Assembly: GCA_964016885.1 (NCBI GenBank)
Contig: OZ024752.1
Coordinates: 27,652,001-27,716,000 of the forward strand
Direction: 5' to 3'
Length of the DNA: 64,000 nucleotides
Source: Eledone cirrhosa
Taxonomy: Eukaryota
Numbering within the stretch: position 1 is the first letter of the stretch; the number at the start of each line of letters is the position of its first letter. The notes beneath the pieces were generated by a model, which saw only the letters and a list, made by a program, of their open reading frames with translations, was not told the DNA's origin and searched no databases. Positions 1 to 13,590 of the stretch are shown here, piece after piece. Position numbers and translations under genes: made by a program.

Positions 1-3000
1 TTATCAACACAATCTGTCGAACTAGTACCAACTTCGGCTATCAACACACAAACTGTGGAACTAGTACAAACTTCGTCTATCAACACACAAACTGTGGAAC
101 TAGTACCAACTTCGTCTATCAACACACAAACTGTGGAACTAGTACCAACCTCTTCTATCAACACACAAACTGCGGAACTAGTACCAACTTCGTCTATCAA
201 GACACAAACTGTGGAACTAGTACCAACTTCGTCTATCAACACACAAACTGTGGAACTAGTACAAACTTCGTCTATCAACACACACACTGTGGAACTAGTA
301 CCAACTTCGTCTATCAACACACATACTGTGGAACTAGTACAAACTTCGTCTATCAACACACAAACTGTGGAACTAGTACCAACTTCGTCTATCAACACAC
401 AAACTGTGGAACTAGTACCAACTTCGTCTATAAACACACAAACTGTGGAACTAGTACCAACTTCGGCTATCAACACACAAACTGTGGAACTAGTACCAAC
501 TACGGCTATCAACACACACACTGTGGAACTAGTAGCAACTTTGTCTATCAACACACAAACTGTGGAACTAGTACCAACTTCGGTTATCAACACACAATGT
601 GTGGAACTAGTACCAACTTCGGCTATCAACACACAAACTGTGGAACTAGTACCAACTTCGGTTATCAACACACAATTTGTGGAACTAGTACCAACTTCGG
701 TTATCAACACACAAACTGTGGAACTAGTACCAACTTCGTCTATCAACACACAAACTGTGGAACTAGTTCCAACTTCGGCTATCAACACACAAACTGTGGA
801 ACTAGTAGCAACTGGGCTATCAACACACAAACTGTGGAACTAGTACCAACTTCGGCTATCAACACACAAACTGTGGAACTAGTACCAACTTCGGCTATCA
901 ACACACAATCTGTGGAACTAGTACAAACTTCGGTTATCAACACACAATGTGTGGAACTAGTAGCAACTTCGGCTATCAACACACAAACTGTGGAACTAGT
1001 ACCAACTTCGGCTATCAACACACATTCTGTGGAACTAGTACCAACTTCGGCTATCAACACACAAACTGTGGAACTAGTACCAACTTCGGCTATCAACACA
1101 CAAACTGTGGAACTAGTACCAACTTCGGGTATCAACACACAATCTGTGGAACTAGTACAAACTTCGGCTATCAACACACAAACTGTGGAACTAGTACCAA
1201 CTTCGGCTATCAACACACAATCTGTGGAACTAGTACCAACTTCGGCTATCAACACACAAACTGTGGAACTAGTAGCAACTACGGCTATCAACACACAAAC
1301 TGTGGAACTAGTACCAACTACGGCTATCACACACAAACTGTGGAACGAGTACCAACTACGGCTATCAACACACAAACTGTGGAACTAGTACCAACTTCGG
1401 CTATCAACACACAAACTGTGGAACTAGCACAAACTTCGTCTATCAACACACAAACTGTGGAACTAGTACCAACTTCGGCTATCAACACACAAACTGTGGA
1501 ACTAGTACCAACTTCGGCTATCAACACACAATCTGTGGAACTAGTACCAACTTCGGCTATCAACACACAAACTGTGGAACTAGTTCCAACTTCGGCTATC
1601 AACACACAATCTGTGGAACTTGTACAAACTTCGGCTATCAACACACAAACTGTGGAACTAGTACCAACTACGGCTATCAACACACAAACTGTGGAAATAG
1701 TACCAACTTCGGCTATCAACACACAAACTGTGGAACTAGTACCAACTTCGGCTATCAACACACAAACTGTGGAAGTAGCACAAACTTCGTCTATCAACAC
1801 ACAAACTGTGGAACTAGTACCAACTTCGGCTATTAACACACAAACTGTGGAACTAGTACAAACTTCGGCTATCAACACACAAACTGTGGAACTAGTACCA
1901 ACTACGGCTATCAACACACAAACTGTGGAACTAGTACCAACTTCGGCTATCAACACACAAACTGTGGAACTAGTACCAACTTCGGCTATCAACACTCAAT
2001 CTGTGGAACTAGTACAAACTTCGGCTATCAACACACAAACTGTGGAACTAGTACCAACTTCGGCTATCAACACACAATCTGTGGAACTAGTACCAACTTC
2101 GGCTATCAACACACAAACTGTGGAACTAGTACCAACTGCGGCTATCAACACACAATCTGTGGAACTAATACCAACTTCGGCTATCAACACACAAACTGTG
2201 GAACTAGTACCAACTTCGGCTATCAACACACAAACTGTGGAACTAGTACCAACTTCGGCTATCAACACACAAACTGTGGAACTAGTACCTACTGCGGCTA
2301 TCAACACACAAACTGTGGAACTAGTACCAACTGCGTCTATCAACACACAATCTGTGGAACTAGTACCAACTTCGGCTATCAACACACAATGTGTGGAACT
2401 AGTACCAACTTCGGCTATCAACACTCAAACTGTGGAACTAGTACCAACTTCGGCTATCAACACACAAACTGTGGAACTAGTACCAACTTCGGCTATCAAC
2501 ACACAAACTGTGGAACTAGTACCAACTTCGTCTATCAACACACAAACTGTGGAACCAGTACAAACTTCGTCTATCAACACACAAACTGTGGAACTAGTAC
2601 CAACTTCGTCTATCAACACACAAACTGTGGAACTAGTACCAACCTCTTCTATCAACACACAAACTGTGGAACTAGTACCAACTTCGTCTATAAACACACA
2701 AACTGTGGAACTAGTACCAACTTCGGCTATCAACACACAAACTGTGGAACTAGTACCAACTACGGCTATCAACACACAAACTGTGGAACTAGTACCAACT
2801 ACGGCTATCACACACAAACTGTGGAACGAGTACCAACTACGGCTATCAACACACAAACTGTGGAACTAGTTCCAACTTCGGCTATCAACACACAAACTGT
2901 GGAACTAGTAGCAACTGGGCTATCAACACACAAACTGTGGAACTAGTACCAACTTCGGCTATCAACACACAAACTGTGGAACTAGTACCAACTTCGGCTA

Positions 3001-6000
3001 TCAACACACATTCTGTGGAACTAGTACCAACTTCGGCTATCAACACACAAACTGTGGAACTAGTACCAACTTCGGCTATCAACACACAAACTGTGGAACT
3101 AGTACCAACTTCGGGTATCAACACACAATCTGTGGAACTAGTACAAACTTCGGCTATCAACACACAAACTGTGGAACTAGTACCAACTTCGGCTATCAAC
3201 ACACAATCTGTGGAACTAGTACCAACTTCGGCTATCAACACACAAACTGTGGAACTAGTAGCAACTACGGCTATCAACACACAAACTGTGGAACTAGTAC
3301 CAACTACGGCTATCACACACAAACTGTGGAACGAGTACCAACTACGGCTATCAACACACAAACTGTGGAACTAGTACCAACTTCGGCTATCAACACACAA
3401 ACTGTGGAACTAGCACAAACTTCGTCTATCAACACACAAACTGTGGAACTAGTACCAACTTCGGCTATCAACACACAAACTGTGGAACTAGTACCAACTT
3501 CGGCTATCAACACACAATCTGTGGAACTAGTACCAACTTCGGCTATCAACACACAAACTGTGGAACTAGTACCAACTTCGGCTATCAACACACAATCTGT
3601 GGAACTTGTACAAACTTCGGCTATCAACACACAAACTGTGGAACTAGTACCAACTACGGCTATCAACACACAGACTGTGGAAATAGTACCAACTTCGGCT
3701 ATCAACACACAAACTGTGGAACTAGTACCAACTTCGGCTATCAACACACAAACTGTGGAACTAGCACAAACTTCGTCTATCAACACACAAACTGTGGAAC
3801 TAGTACCAACTTCGGCTATTAACACACACACTGTGGAACTAGTACAAACTTCGGCTATCAACACACAAACTGTGGAACTAGTACCAACTACGGCTATCAA
3901 CACACAAACTGTGGAACTAGTACCAACTTCGGCTATCAACACACAAACTGTGGAACTAGTACCAACTTCGGCTATCAACACTCAAACTGTGGAACTAGTA
4001 CCAACTTCGGCTATCAACACACAAACTGTGGAACTAGTACCAACTTCGGCTATCAACACACAAACTGTGGAACTAGTACCAACTTCGTCTATCAACACAC
4101 AAACTGTGGAACTAGTACAAACTTCGTCTATCAACACACAAACTGTGGAACTAGTACCAACTTCGTCTATCAACACACAAACTGTGGAACTAGTACCAAC
4201 TTCGGTTATCAACACAATCTGTCGAACTAGTACCAACTTCGGCTATCAACACACAAACTGTGGAACTAGTACAAACTTCGTCTATCAACACACAAACTGT
4301 GGAACTAGTACCAACTTCGTCTATCAAGACACAAACTGTGGAACTAGTACCAACTTCGTCTATCAACACACAAACTGTGGAACTAGTACAAACTTCGTCT
4401 ATCAACACACACACTGTGGAACTAGTACCAACTTCGTCTATCAACACACATACTGTGGAACTAGTACAAACTTCGTCTATCAACACACAAACTGTGGAAC
4501 TAGTACCAACTTCGTCTATCAACACACAAACTGTGGAACTAGTACCAACTTCGTCTATAAACACACAAACTGTGGAACTAGTACCAACTTCGGCTATCAA
4601 CACACAAACTGTGGAACTAGTACCAACTACGGCTATCAACACACACACTGTGGAACTAGTAGCAACTTTGTCTATCAACACACAAACTGTGGAACTAGTA
4701 CCAACTTCGGTTATCAACACACAATGTGTGGAACTAGTACCAACTTCGGCTATCAACACACAAACTGTGGAACTAGTACCAACTTCGGTTATCAACACAC
4801 AATTTGTGGAACTAGTACCAACTTCGGCTATCAACACACAAACTGTGGAACTAGTACCAACTTCGTCTATCAACACACAAACTGTGGAACTAGTTCCAAC
4901 TTCGGCTATCAACACACAAACTGTGGAACTAGTAGCAATTGGGCTATCAACACACAAACTGTGGAACTAGTTCCAACTTCGGCTATCAACACACAAACTG
5001 TGGAACTAGTAGCAACTGGGCTATCAACACACAAACTGTGGAACTAGTACCAACTTCGGCTATCAACACACAAACTGTGGAACTAGTACCAACTTCGGCT
5101 ATCAACACACAATCTGTGGAACTAGTACAAACTTCGGTTATCAACACACAATGTGTGGAACTAGTAGCAACTTCGGCTATCAACACACAAACTGTGGAAC
5201 TAGTACCAACTTCGGCTATCAACACACATTCTGTGGAACTAGTACCAACTTCGGCTATCAACACACAAACTGTGGAACTAGTACCAACTTCGGCTATCAA
5301 CACACAAACTGTGGAACTAGTACCAACATCGGGTATCAACACACAATCTGTGGAACTAGTACAAACTTCGGCTATCAACACACAAACTGTGGAACTAGTA
5401 CCAACTTCGGCTATCAACACACAATCTGTGGAACTAGTACCAACTTCGGCTATCAACACACAAACTGTGGAACTAGTAGCAACTACGGCTATCAACACAC
5501 AAACTGTGGAACTAGTACCAACTACGGCTATCACACACAAACTGTGGAACGAGTACCAACTACGGCTATCAACACACAAACTGTGGAACTACTACCACCT
5601 TCGGCTATCAACACACAAACTGTGGAACTAGCACAAACTTCGTCTATCAACACACAAACTGTGGAACTAGTACCAACTTCGGCTATCAACACACAAACTG
5701 TGGAACTAGTACCAACTTCGGCTATCAACACACAATCTGTGGAACTAGTACCAACTTCGTCTATCAACACACAAACTGTGGAACTAGTACCAACTTCGGC
5801 TATCAACACACAATCTGTGGAACTTGTACAAACTCCGGCTATCAACACACAAACTGTGGAACTAGTACCAACTACGGCTATCAACACACAAACTGTGGAA
5901 ATAGTACCAACTTCGGCTATCAACACACAAACTGTGGAACTAGTACCAACTTCGGCTATCAACACACAAACTGTGGAACTAGCACAAACTTCGTCTATCA

Positions 6001-6600
6001 ACACACAAACTGTGGAACTAGTACCAACTTCGGCTATTAACACACAAACTGTGGAACTAGTACAAACTTCGGCTATCAACACACAAACTGTGGAACTAGT
6101 ACCAACTACGGCTATCAACACACAAACTGTGGAACTAGTACCAACTTCGGCTATCAACACACAAACTGTGGAACTAGTACCAACTTCGGCTATCAACACT
6201 CAATCTGTGGAACTAGTACAAACTTCGGCTATCAACACACAAACTGTGGAACTAGTACCAACTTCGGCTATCAACACACAATCTGTGGAACTAGTACCAA
6301 CTTCGGCTATCAACACACAAACTGTGGAACTAGTACCAACTGCGGCTATCAACACACAATCTGTGGAACTAATACCAACTTCGGCTATCAACGCACAAAC
6401 TGTGGAACTAGTACCAACTTCGGCTATCAACACACAAACTGTGGAACTAGTACCAACTTCGGCTATCAACACACAAACTGTGGAACTAGTACCAACTGCG
6501 GCTATCAACACACAAACTGTGGAACTAGTACCAACTGCGTCTATCAACACACAATCTGTGGAACTAGTACCAACTTCGGCTATCAACACACAAACTGTGG
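1..6600. repeat. Higher-order duplication, offset ~4,204 bp (108 monomers): ~1-2400 repeated at ~4205-6600
   Basis: Matching ORF-track features at 782/4986, 947/5151, 1327/5531 and 1996/6200; 37-bp monomer at 1 and ~4206; same order of rare variants (ACTGGG, CACATTCT, TCACAC..ACGAGT, AGCACAAA). Confidence 0.85.
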
Positions 6601-9600
6601 AACTAGTACCAACTTCGGCTATCAACACTCAAACTGTGGAACTAGTACCAACTTCGGCTATCAACACACAAACTGTGGAACTAGTACCAACTTCGGCTAT
6701 CAACACACAAACTGTGGAACTAGTACCAACTTCGTCTATCAACACACAAACTGTGGAACTAGTACAAACTTCGTCTATCAACACACAAACTGTGGAACTA
6801 GTACCAACTTCGTCTATCAACACACAAACTGTGGAACTAGTACCAACTTCGGTTATCAACACAATCTGTCGAACTAGTACCAACTTCGGCTATCAACACA
6901 CAAACTGTGGAACTAGTACAAACTTCGTCTATCAACACACAAACTGTGGAACTAGTACCAACTTCGGCTATCAACACACAAACTGTGGAACTAGTACAAA
7001 CTTCGTCTATCAACACACAAACTGTGGAACTAGTACCAACTTCGTCTATCAACACACAAACTGTGGAACTAGTACCAACCTCTTCTATCAACACACAAAC
7101 TGTGGAACTAGTACCAACTTCGTCTATCAAGACACAAACTGTGGAACTAGTACCAACTTCGTCTATCAACACACAAACTGTGGAACTAGTACAAACTTCG
7201 TCTATCAACACACACACTGTGGAACTAGTACCAACTTCGTCTATCAACACACATACTGTGGAACTAGTACAAACTTCGTCTATCAACACACAAACTGTGG
7301 AACTAGTACCAACTTCGTCTATCAACACACAAACTGTGGAACTAGTACCAACTTCGTCTATAAACACACAAACTGTGGAACTAGTACCAACTTCGGCTAT
7401 CAACACACAAACTGTGGAACTAGTACCAACTACGGCTATCAACACACACACTGTGGAACTAGTAGCAACTTTGTCTATCAACACACAAACTGTGGAACTA
7501 GTACCAACTTCGGTTATCAACACACAATGTGTGGAACTAGTACCAACTTCGGCTATCAACACACAAACTGTGGAACTAGTACCAACTTCGGTTATCAACA
7601 CACAATTTGTGGAACTAGTACCAACTTCGGCTATCAACACACAAACTGTGGAACTAGTACCAACTTCGTCTATCAACACACAAACTGTGGAACTAGTAGC
7701 AATTGGGCTATCAACACACAAACTGTGGAACTAGTTCCAACTTCGGCTATCAACACACAAACTGTGGAACTAGTAGCAACTGGGCTATCAACACACAAAC
7801 TGTGGGACTAGTACCAACTTCGGCTATCAACACACAAACTGTGGAACTAGTACCAACTTCGGCTATCAACACACAATCTGTGGAACTAGTACAAACTTCG
7901 GTTATCAACACACAATGTGTGGAACTAGTAGCAACTTCGGCTATCAACACACAAACTGTGGAACTAGTACCAACTTCGGCTATCAACACACATTCTGTGG
8001 AACTAGTACCAACTTCGGCTATCAACACACAAACTGTGGAACTAGTACCAACTTCGGCTATCAACACACAAACTGTGGAACTAGTACCAACATCGGGTAT
8101 CAACACACAATCTGTGGAACTAGTACAAACTTCGGCTATCAACACACAAACTGTGGAACTAGTACCAACTTCGGCTATCAACACACAATCTGTGGAACTA
8201 GTACCAACTTCGGCTATCAACACACAAACTGTGGAACTAGTAGCAACTACGGCTATCAACACACAAACTGTGGAACTAGTACCAACTACGGCTATCACAC
8301 ACAAACTGTGGAACGAGTACCAACTACGGCTATCAACACACAAACTGTGGAACTAGTACCAACTTCGGCTATCAACACACAAACTGTGGAACTAGCACAA
8401 ACTTCGTCTATCAACACACAAACTGTGGAACTAGTACCAACTTCGGCTATCAACACACAAACTGTGGAACTAGTACCAACTTCGGCTATCAACACACAAT
8501 CTGTGGAACTAGTACCAACTTCGTCTATCAACACACAAACTGTGGAACTAGTACCAACTTCGGCTATCAACACACAATCTGTGGAACTTGTACAAACTTC
8601 GGCTATCAACACACAAACTGTGGAACTAGTACCAACTACGGCTATCAACACACAAACTGTGGAAATAGTACCAACTTCGGCTATCAACACACAAACTGTG
8701 GAACTAGTACCAACTTCGGCTATCAACACACAAACTGTGGAACTAGCACAAACTTCGTCTATCAACACACAAACTGTGGAACTAGTACCAACTTCGGCTA
8801 TTAACACACAAACTGTGGAACTAGTACAAACTTCGGCTATCAACACACAAACTGTGGAACTAGTACCAACTACGGCTATCAACACACAATTTGTGGAACT
8901 AGTACCAACTTCGGCTATCAACACACAAACTGTGGAACTAGTACCAACTTCGGCTATCAACACTCAATCTGTGGAACTAGTACAAACTTCGGCTATCAAC
9001 ACACAAACTGTGGAACTAGTACCAACTTCGGCTATCAACACACAATCTGTGGAACTAGTACCAACTTCGGCTATCAACACACAAACTGTGGAACTAGTAC
9101 CAACTGCGGCTATCAACACACAATCTGTGGAACTAATACCAACTTCGGCTATCAACGCACAAACTGTGGAACTAGTACCAACTTCGGCTATCAACACACA
9201 AACTGTGGAACTAGTACCAACTTCGGCTATCAACACACAAACTGTGGAACTAGTACCAACTGCGGCTATCAACACACAAACTGTGGAACTAGTACCAACT
9301 GCGTCTATCAACACACAATCTGTGGAACTAGTACCAACTTCGGCTATCAACACACAAACTGTGGAACTAGTACCAACTTCGGCTATCAACACTCAAACTG
9401 TGGAACTAGTACCAACTTCGGCTATCAACACACAAACTGTGGAACTAGTACCAACTTCGGCTATCAACACACAAACTGTGGAACTAGTACCAACTTCGTC
9501 TATCAACACACAAACTGTGGAACTAGTACAAACTTCGTCTATCAACACACAAACTGTGGAACTAGTACCAACTTCGTCTATCAACACACAAACTGTGGAA

Positions 9601-10470
9601 CTAGTACCAACTTCGGTTATCAACACAATCTGTCGAACTAGTACCAACTTCGGCTATCAACACACAAACTGTGGAACTAGTACAAACTTCGTCTATCAAC
9701 ACACAAACTGTGGAACTAGTACCAACTTCGTCTATCAACACACAAACTGTGGAACTAGTACCAACCTCTTCTATCAACACACAAACTGTGGAACTAGTAC
9801 CAACTTCGTCTATCAAGACACAAACTGTGGAACTAGTACAAACTTCGTCTATCAACACACAAACTGTGGAACTAGTACCAACTTCGTCTATCAACACACA
9901 AACTGTGGAACTAGTACAAACTTCGTCTATCAACACACACACTGTGGAACTAGTACCAACTTTGTCTATCAACACACATACTGTGGAACTAGTACAAACT
10001 TCGTCTATCAACACACAAACTGTGGAACTAGTACCAACTTCGTCTATCAACACACAAACTGTGGAACTAGTACCAACTTCGTCTATAAACACACAAACTG
10101 TGGAACTAGTACCAACTTCGGCTATCAACACACAAACTGTGGAACTAGTACCAACTACGGCTATCAACACACACACTGTGGAACTAGTAGCAACTTTGTC
10201 TATCAACACACAAACTGTGGAACTAGTACCAACTTCGGTTATCAACACACAATGTGTGGAACTAGTACCAACTTCGACTATCAACACACAAACTGTGGAA
10301 CTAGTACCAACTTCGGTTATCAACACACAATTTGTGGAACTAGTACCAACTTCGGCTATCAACACACAAACTGTGGAACTAGTACCAACTTCGTCTATCA
10401 ACACACAAACTGTGGAACTAGTTCCAACTTCGGCTATCAACACACAAACTGTGGAACTAGTAGCAATTGG
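4930..10470. repeat. Tandem higher-order duplication, period 2,764 bp (71 monomers minus 5 bp)
   Basis: ORF pairs 4986/7750, 5151/7915, 5531/8295, 6200/8964, 6629/9393 and 6837/9601 all differ by 2764. Private variants CATCGGGT (~5327/~8091) and AACGCAC (~6390/~9154) are shared by only these two copies. Confidence 0.9.
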
Positions 10471-12319
10471 GCTATCAACACACAAACTGTGGAACTAGTA
10501 CCAACTTCGGCTATCAACACACAAACTGTGGAACTAGTACCAACTTCGGCTATCAACACACAATCTGTGGAACTAGTACAAACTTCGGCTATCAACACAC
10601 AAACTGTGGAACTAGTACCAACTTCGGCTATCAACACACAATCTGTGGAACTAGTACCAACTTCCGCTATCAACACACAAACTGTGGAACTAGTACCAAC
10701 TTCGGCTATCAACACACAAACTGTGGAACTAGTACCAACTTCGGCTATCAACACACAATCTGTGGAACTAGTACCAACTACGGCTATCAACACACAAACT
10801 GTGGAACTAGTTCCAACTTCGGCTATCAACACACAAACTGTGGAACTAGTACCAACTTCGGCTATCAACACACAAACTGTGGAACTAGTACCAACTTCGT
10901 CTATAAACACACAAACTGTGGAACTAGTACCAACTTCGGCTATCAACACACAAACTGTGGAACTAGTACCAACTACGGCTATCAACACACACACTGTGGA
11001 ACTAGTAGCAACTTTGTCTATCAACACACAAACTGTGGAACTAGTACCAACTTCGGTTATCAACACACAATGTGTGGAACTAGTACCAACTTCGGCTATC
11101 AACACACAAACTGTGGAACTAGTACCAACTTCGGTTATCAACACACAATTTGTGGAACTAGTACCAACTTCGGCTATCAACACACAAACTGTGGAACTAG
11201 TACCAACTTCGTCTATCAACACACAAACTGTGGAACTAGTTCCAACTTCGGCTATCAACACACAAACTGTGGAACTAGTAGCAATTGGGCTATCAACACA
11301 CAAACTGTGGAACTAGTTCCAACTTCGGCTATCAACACACAAACTGTGGAACTAGTAGCAACTGGGCTATCAACACACAAACTGTGGAACTAGTACCAAC
11401 TTCGGCTATCAACACACAAACTGTGGAACTAGTACCAACTTCGGCTATCAACACACAATCTGTGGAACTAGTACAAACTTCGGTTATCAACACACAATGT
11501 GTGGAACTAGTAGCAACTTCGGCTATCAACACACAAACTGTGGAACTAGTACCAACTTCGGCTATCAACACACATTCTGTGGAACTAGTACCAACTTCGG
11601 CTATCAACACACAAACTGTGGAACTAGTACCAACTTCGGCTATCAACACACAAACTGTGGAACTAGTACCAACTTCGGGTATCAACACACAATCTGTGGA
11701 ACTAGTACAAACTTCGGCTATCAACACACAAACTGTGGAACTAGTACCAACTTCGGCTATCAACACACAATCTGTGGAACTAGTACCAACTTCGGCTATC
11801 AACACACAAACTTTGGAACTAGTAGCAACTACGGCTATCAACACACAAACTGTGGAACTAGTACCAACTACGGCTATCACACACAAACTGTGGAACGAGT
11901 ACCAACTACGGCTATCAACACACAAACTGTGGAACTAGTACCAACTTCGGCTATCAACACACAAACTGTGGAACTAGCACAAACTTCGTCTATCAACACA
12001 CAAACTGTGGAACTAGTACCAACTTCGGCTATCAACACACAAACTGTGGAACTAGTACCAACTTCGGCTATCAACACACAATCTGTGGAACTAGTACCAA
12101 CTTCGGCTATCAACACACAAACTGTGGAACTAGTACCAACTTCGGCTATCAACACACAATCTGTGGAACTTGTACAAACTTCGGCTATCAACACACAAAC
12201 TGTGGAACTAGTACCAACTACGGCTATCAACACACAAACTGTGGAAATAGTACCAACTTCGGCTATCAACACACAAACTGTGGAACTAGTACCAACTTCG
12301 GCTATCAACACACAAACTG

Positions 12320-13590
12320 TGGAACTAGCACAAACTTCGTCTATCAACACACAAACTGTGGAACTAGTACCAACTTCGGCTATTAACACACAAACTGTGG
12401 AACTAGTACAAACTTCGGCTATCAACACACAAACTGTGGAACTAGTACCAACTACGGCTATCAACACACAAACTGTGGAACTAGTACCAACTTCGGCTAT
12501 CAACACACAAACTGTGGAACTAGTACCAACTGCGGCTATCAACACACAATCTGTGGAACTAATACCAACTTCGGCTATCAACACACAAACTGTGGAACTA
12601 GTACCAACTTCGGCTATCAACACACAAACTGTGGAACTAGTACCAACTTCGGCTATCAACACACAAACTGTGGAACTAGTACCAACTGCGGCTATCAACA
12701 CACAAACTGTGGAACTAGTACCAACTGCGTCTATCAACACACAATCTGTGGAACTAGTACCAACTTCGGCTATCAACACACAAACTGTGGAACTAGTACC
12801 AACTTCGGCTATCAACACTCAAACTGTGGAACTAGTACCAACTTCGGCTATCAACACACAAACTGTGGAACTAGTACCAACTTCGGCTATCAACACACAA
12901 ACTGTGGAACTAGTACCAACTTCGTCTATCAACACACAAACTGTGGAACTAGTACAAACTTCGTCTATCAACACACAAACTGTGGAACTAGTACCAACTT
13001 CGGCTATTAACACACAAACTGTGGAACTAGTACAAACTTCGGCTATCAACACACAAACTGTGGAACTAGTACCAACTACGGCTATCAACACACAAACTGT
13101 GGAACTAGTACCAACTTCGGCTATCAACACACAAACTGTGGAACTAGTACGAACTGCGGCTATCAACACACAATCTGTGGAACTAATACCAACTTCGGCT
13201 ATCAACACACAAACTGTGGAACTAGTACCAACTTCGGCTATCAACACACAAACTGTGGAACTAGTACCAACTTCGGCTATCAACACACAAACTGTGGAAC
13301 TAGTACCAACTGCGGCTATCAACACACAAACTGTGGAACTAGTACCAACTGCGTCTATCAACACACAATCTGTGGAACTAGTACCAACTTCGGCTATCAA
13401 CACACAAACTGTGGAACTAGTACCAACTTCGGCTATCAACACTCAAACTGTGGAACTAGTACCAACTTCGGCTATCAACACACAAACTGTGGAACTAGTA
13501 CCAACTTCGGCTATCAACACACAAACTGTGGAACTAGTACCAACTTCGTCTATCAACACACAAACTGTGGAACTAGTACAAACTTCGTCT
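12320..13590. repeat. Tandem 16-monomer (624-bp) duplication
   Basis: Variant series TATTAAC, CTAATACC, CTGCGTCT, ACTCAA recurs at +624 (e.g. ACTCAA ~12817/~13441). Confidence 0.8.

Noticed and set aside
71-87. CENP-B box (CTTCGT start)
   Set aside because: Only the TTCG part matches; the required downstream A..CGGG positions are absent.
593-620. V(D)J/Transib RSS-like pattern: CACAATG + 12 bp + ACCAACTTC; CACAGTG on the minus strand of CACACTGTG variants; 39 bp equals a 23-RSS length
   Set aside because: The nonamer matches ACAAAAACC at only 5-6 of 9 positions and the consensus heptamer (CACAAAC) is poor. The minus-strand heptamer has no nonamer, and there are no gene segments or transposase. 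This is expected by chance in CA-rich DNA.
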